A stretch of DNA of 64,000 nucleotides, from the IMG/VR virus record IMGVR_UViG_3300046819_000361. One strand, 5' to 3'. The stretch's first letter is position 1. Each line of letters starts with the position of its first letter. Below, piece by piece: positions 61,043 to 64,000 of the stretch. The position numbers were made by a program, and so were the translations under genes. Origin of the DNA: a virus. Its lineage: Duplodnaviria; Caudoviricetes. The notes below the pieces were generated by a model, which worked only from the letters and a program-made list of their open reading frames with translations, was not told the origin of the DNA and did not search any database.

Positions 61043-64000
61043 TCAAGCAATTTTTAATACCGGCATTGGAATATACTGCAGATACTTTTTACTATTGCTT
61101 GCATTCACTGTTTTTACATTCGCCACTAGTTTAATGATTTCATCTGATTCGAGATAATTTTTCATTACTAGCGCATTCTCCTCAGAATCTAACTTAAGGC
61201 AATTAACACTGCCACTTAAATGAGTGCCTGGTTCTGCGATTATTAGTTTACCGAGTTTTCCTGTGGATTCAGTTGAATTGAATACAACCCGCCAGAAATT
61301 GGATGTGTCATCATTAATTCTGTTTATCAGGTCTTCATCGTTAGTGTATCTTATTTTCCCGGTAGTAACAACCATTTTGTACTTCCCATTATCTAATAGT
61401 TCAGATTCAAATTGATTTCTATCAAGTGACCCTGGTTGGACTCTCATAATCGAACCAATATTATTGGCTGGTACTTCATATGAATGATTATAAAATTTAT
61501 CATTAACGTCTGAAACGGTAGTTGATCTATCAAAATAAAATGCACATGGATTAGAGGATATATTTGTGAAGTATTCTTTACATGAATCTATTTCATATAA
61601 TCCTTTTTCAATATACTCTTTTTTGGATTTACTAGAATAGGTTTTCCCACCATATGGCATAATAGATACAACAAAGGTATCTGCGATAGTTAATGCCAAT
61701 TGTGTGCATTTTTTTGCAAGATTATCACCTTGGCCTCGGTGTTTATAGCCATCTCTGCTTGTATCATCTGCGTTGAATGGTGGGTTAGTTAGAATTACAT
61801 TGACCTGTTCTATAGTTGGGGCATTGATAAAATCATAGTTAGTGATATTTTTTTCTGGAATATTTAAACTCAACTTTTGATTCATAACACAGAAAAATTC
61901 ATGCCACTCACCATCGATATCATTGTAAAACACTTTGGTTGGATCGATATCTTGCCCAAATTCCTTTGCAATTTTGAATAATTCTAGTAAAAACCCGCCT
62001 CTTCCAGCACATGGGTCATAAAATGATAGCTCATTTAATGACAGCCCATTAGCAATCAATTTGGAAAGTGTATTAGTTATAACTTCTCTGATTAAATCGT
62101 TTGATTCGGCTATAAAACTAATTTCTGATCTATGTATTGGATCTTCAAATAATTCTAGAAGTTTTTCACTATCATGTTTGCTATCATTTAATTTCTGAAT
62201 CCATCTATTGGTATATGCAATATCAATTTCTGAATTATCTGACATCACAATTGGGAAATACTCAACGCCTTTCCCAACAAATTTCAAGATTTGATGATTA
62301 TTAGACTGTAATGCTTCTTCAACTAAATCTACACATTCTTTTACTGTTTGGGTATTATGGATAAATGCAAAAAGACGACATTTTGCAACAAATTTTAACT
62401 TCATATTGTTCCAATTAAGTTTTCGATCATTAGGTGAATCAAATGGAATTCCTTGTTGAATACATGCAGTTTCTCGTTGCTTATTCTTTGCATCTGGGTT
62501 TCCATTATCCACTAACTGCTCAACTTGACCCTCCGCTGATACTGCATTATGAAATTTATATTCAAAATCTACAGGTGCATCGGTAATTTTAATACATTGA
62601 TTAACACCATACGCACCTTTTGCACTACACTGTTCAATTATTTCAGCAAAATTTGGAATATCAATAGCCGTCCATTCGCCATTTCTGGCAGTGAAATAAT
62701 TATAATTCGCGATGATTTCATCAATAATATGACGAGTACTTGCATCTTTATCCCGATCAATAGCTAATTTTTCTTCAATATTAACCATGATTGCCATTGA
62801 TGCTTCCAAATCGCCGATGAATACGCCGCAATTGGTCTTGCCATCACTAACTCTGCCAATCCTACCAGTAGCTTGTTCAAAAAATTTGATACTATCACCG
62901 AGATTGCGAAGAAATACGAATGTTCCTAATTCTGGGATATTAGCACCAGTGCAATCTCTGATACATGTCAAGGTTAATGTACTACCTACTGACTCTGCAA
63001 TATCATTTTTACGTTGTCCCAAGTTATCTTCATACGCATCAAAAATGGTACCTTGAAAAACCCCATGGTATATTAAAAGAGATTTTAATGCACTGATATA
63101 TACTTTAGCACTGGCTGATTTACTACCAGTTGGTAATGCTACCATGATATGTTGTTTGGCTTTTTCACATAATTCTGGTGCATTGAAGATACTCAAGCGA
63201 TCACCATTTTCATCAAACGCATTACTCCCAAACATTCTGGTAAATAGCCATAAAATTGTTTTTTCATATTTGAACTTGTTTGATTTCGCACTAAACGTGA
63301 ATAGTTTTTGCCAGGTAAAACCTTCATTATCAGATTGCCAATTATCATCAGTTTTAAGACGTGCTGTAATTTCTTTTACATCAATGCCATAAAAATTGAA
63401 ATCTGGGTAGTTTATGAAATCACTATTGGGATTTATTCGTTTGTCTTTATACAAATCGTTGCGTGTGAATAAAGAGTATTCGGCACTAGTGAAATGTTCA
63501 GCAGCTGTTTTTCCATAGATAAAATCATAAGGAGTACCAGTAACAAATAATTTGAAACATTCTGGAAATGCACTATTTAATTGTTTCCACATTATATTAT
63601 TGGAGTTACTTAACATTTGATGTGCTTCGCCTATACTAAACGTGCCAATGCGTTCAGACAATCCTGAGTACCTAGAATGTAACAAACTACCCGATTTTTT
63701 TGCAATATCATGATAACTTCCAAATAATACTGGTACTATACCATCGTCATGATAATTCGGAATATCTGATATATTATCAATAATGGTGGCTTTTGCTCGA
63801 ACCATTTGTCGGGTTGCATAATTACAGTTATTGATGTAAGAATCATACCATTGTCGTGTTAAATAAATTTTTATTAATGAAAAGTCGATAAATCCGTAAT
63901 TACCTACATTGATGCCTGATACCGATGATAATTCATTGAGTAATTCACTTATAGTGCTAGGAATTGTAGCTACAGCCACATTCACTTTATCATTTGCAAA
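61043..64000 (-). CDS. large helicase-like + N6-adenine DNA methyltransferase fusion (5'-truncated)
   Basis: degenerate SF2 motifs (IGEAH, VTGTP, QATGRIGR) then DPCAGRGGF and TNPPF. Confidence 0.7.
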   Translation of the reverse strand, partial: FANDKVNVAVATIPSTISELLNELSSVSGINVGNYGFIDFSLIKIYLTRQWYDSYINNCNYATRQMVRAKATIIDNISDIPNYHDDGIVPVLFGSYHDIAKKSGSLLHSRYSGLSERIGTFSIGEAHQMLSNSNNIMWKQLNSAFPECFKLFVTGTPYDFIYGKTAAEHFTSAEYSLFTRNDLYKDKRINPNSDFINYPDFNFYGIDVKEITARLKTDDNWQSDNEGFTWQKLFTFSAKSNKFKYEKTILWLFTRMFGSNAFDENGDRLSIFNAPELCEKAKQHIMVALPTGSKSASAKVYISALKSLLIYHGVFQGTIFDAYEDNLGQRKNDIAESVGSTLTLTCIRDCTGANIPELGTFVFLRNLGDSIKFFEQATGRIGRVSDGKTNCGVFIGDLEASMAIMVNIEEKLAIDRDKDASTRHIIDEIIANYNYFTARNGEWTAIDIPNFAEIIEQCSAKGAYGVNQCIKITDAPVDFEYKFHNAVSAEGQVEQLVDNGNPDAKNKQRETACIQQGIPFDSPNDRKLNWNNMKLKFVAKCRLFAFIHNTQTVKECVDLVEEALQSNNHQILKFVGKGVEYFPIVMSDNSEIDIAYTNRWIQKLNDSKHDSEKLLELFEDPIHRSEISFIAESNDLIREVITNTLSKLIANGLSLNELSFYDPCAGRGGFLLELFKIAKEFGQDIDPTKVFYNDIDGEWHEFFCVMNQKLSLNIPEKNITNYDFINAPTIEQVNVILTNPPFNADDTSRDGYKHRGQGDNLAKKCTQLALTIADTFVVSIMPYGGKTYSSKSKKEYIEKGLYEIDSCKEYFTNISSNPCAFYFDRSTTVSDVNDKFYNHSYEVPANNIGSIMRVQPGSLDRNQFESELLDNGKYKMVVTTGKIRYTNDEDLINRINDDTSNFWRVVFNSTESTGKLGKLIIAEPGTHLSGSVNCLKLDSEENALVMKNYLESDEIIKLVANVKTVNASNSKKYLQYIPMPVLKIA

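Overview
AT-rich, gene-dense segment of a large (jumbo-type, T4-like late promoter motifs) bacteriophage genome, almost all on the minus strand. It carries an intact pmoC, so it is probably a pmoC-phage of a gammaproteobacterial methanotroph. It also has many host-like accessory genes: ClpP/ClpS, DnaK/Hsp20/GroES/parvulin, IF-1, two Pth2-like proteins, RNA ligase and kinase, a ter-like operon, a curli-like operon with a CHASE2 cyclase, and heme oxygenase with a bilin reductase. RNA genes include a 24-gene tRNA array covering all 20 amino acids, a CUA-anticodon tRNA and a permuted two-piece tmRNA. The most striking unexplained structure lies inside the tRNA array: about 21 copies of a small RNA scaffold (covarying 7-bp closing stem + 3 nt + CAGCA) carrying different tRNA-mimic cargos. 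Cargos include isolated anticodon stem-loops (Lys, Ile, Ser, Cys), YrlA-like circularly permuted T-acceptor-D modules, and armless or anticodon-less tRNAs. The copies sit directly upstream of a TROVE/Ro60-like vWA (DUF2828-type) gene, with a minimal copy in its 5' UTR. The array is headed by a candidate ribosome-dependent attenuator whose leader peptide contains all 20 amino acids. Together this suggests a phage Ro/Y-like tRNA-decoy and translation-rescue system (inference). All calls are by eye; no database searches were run.
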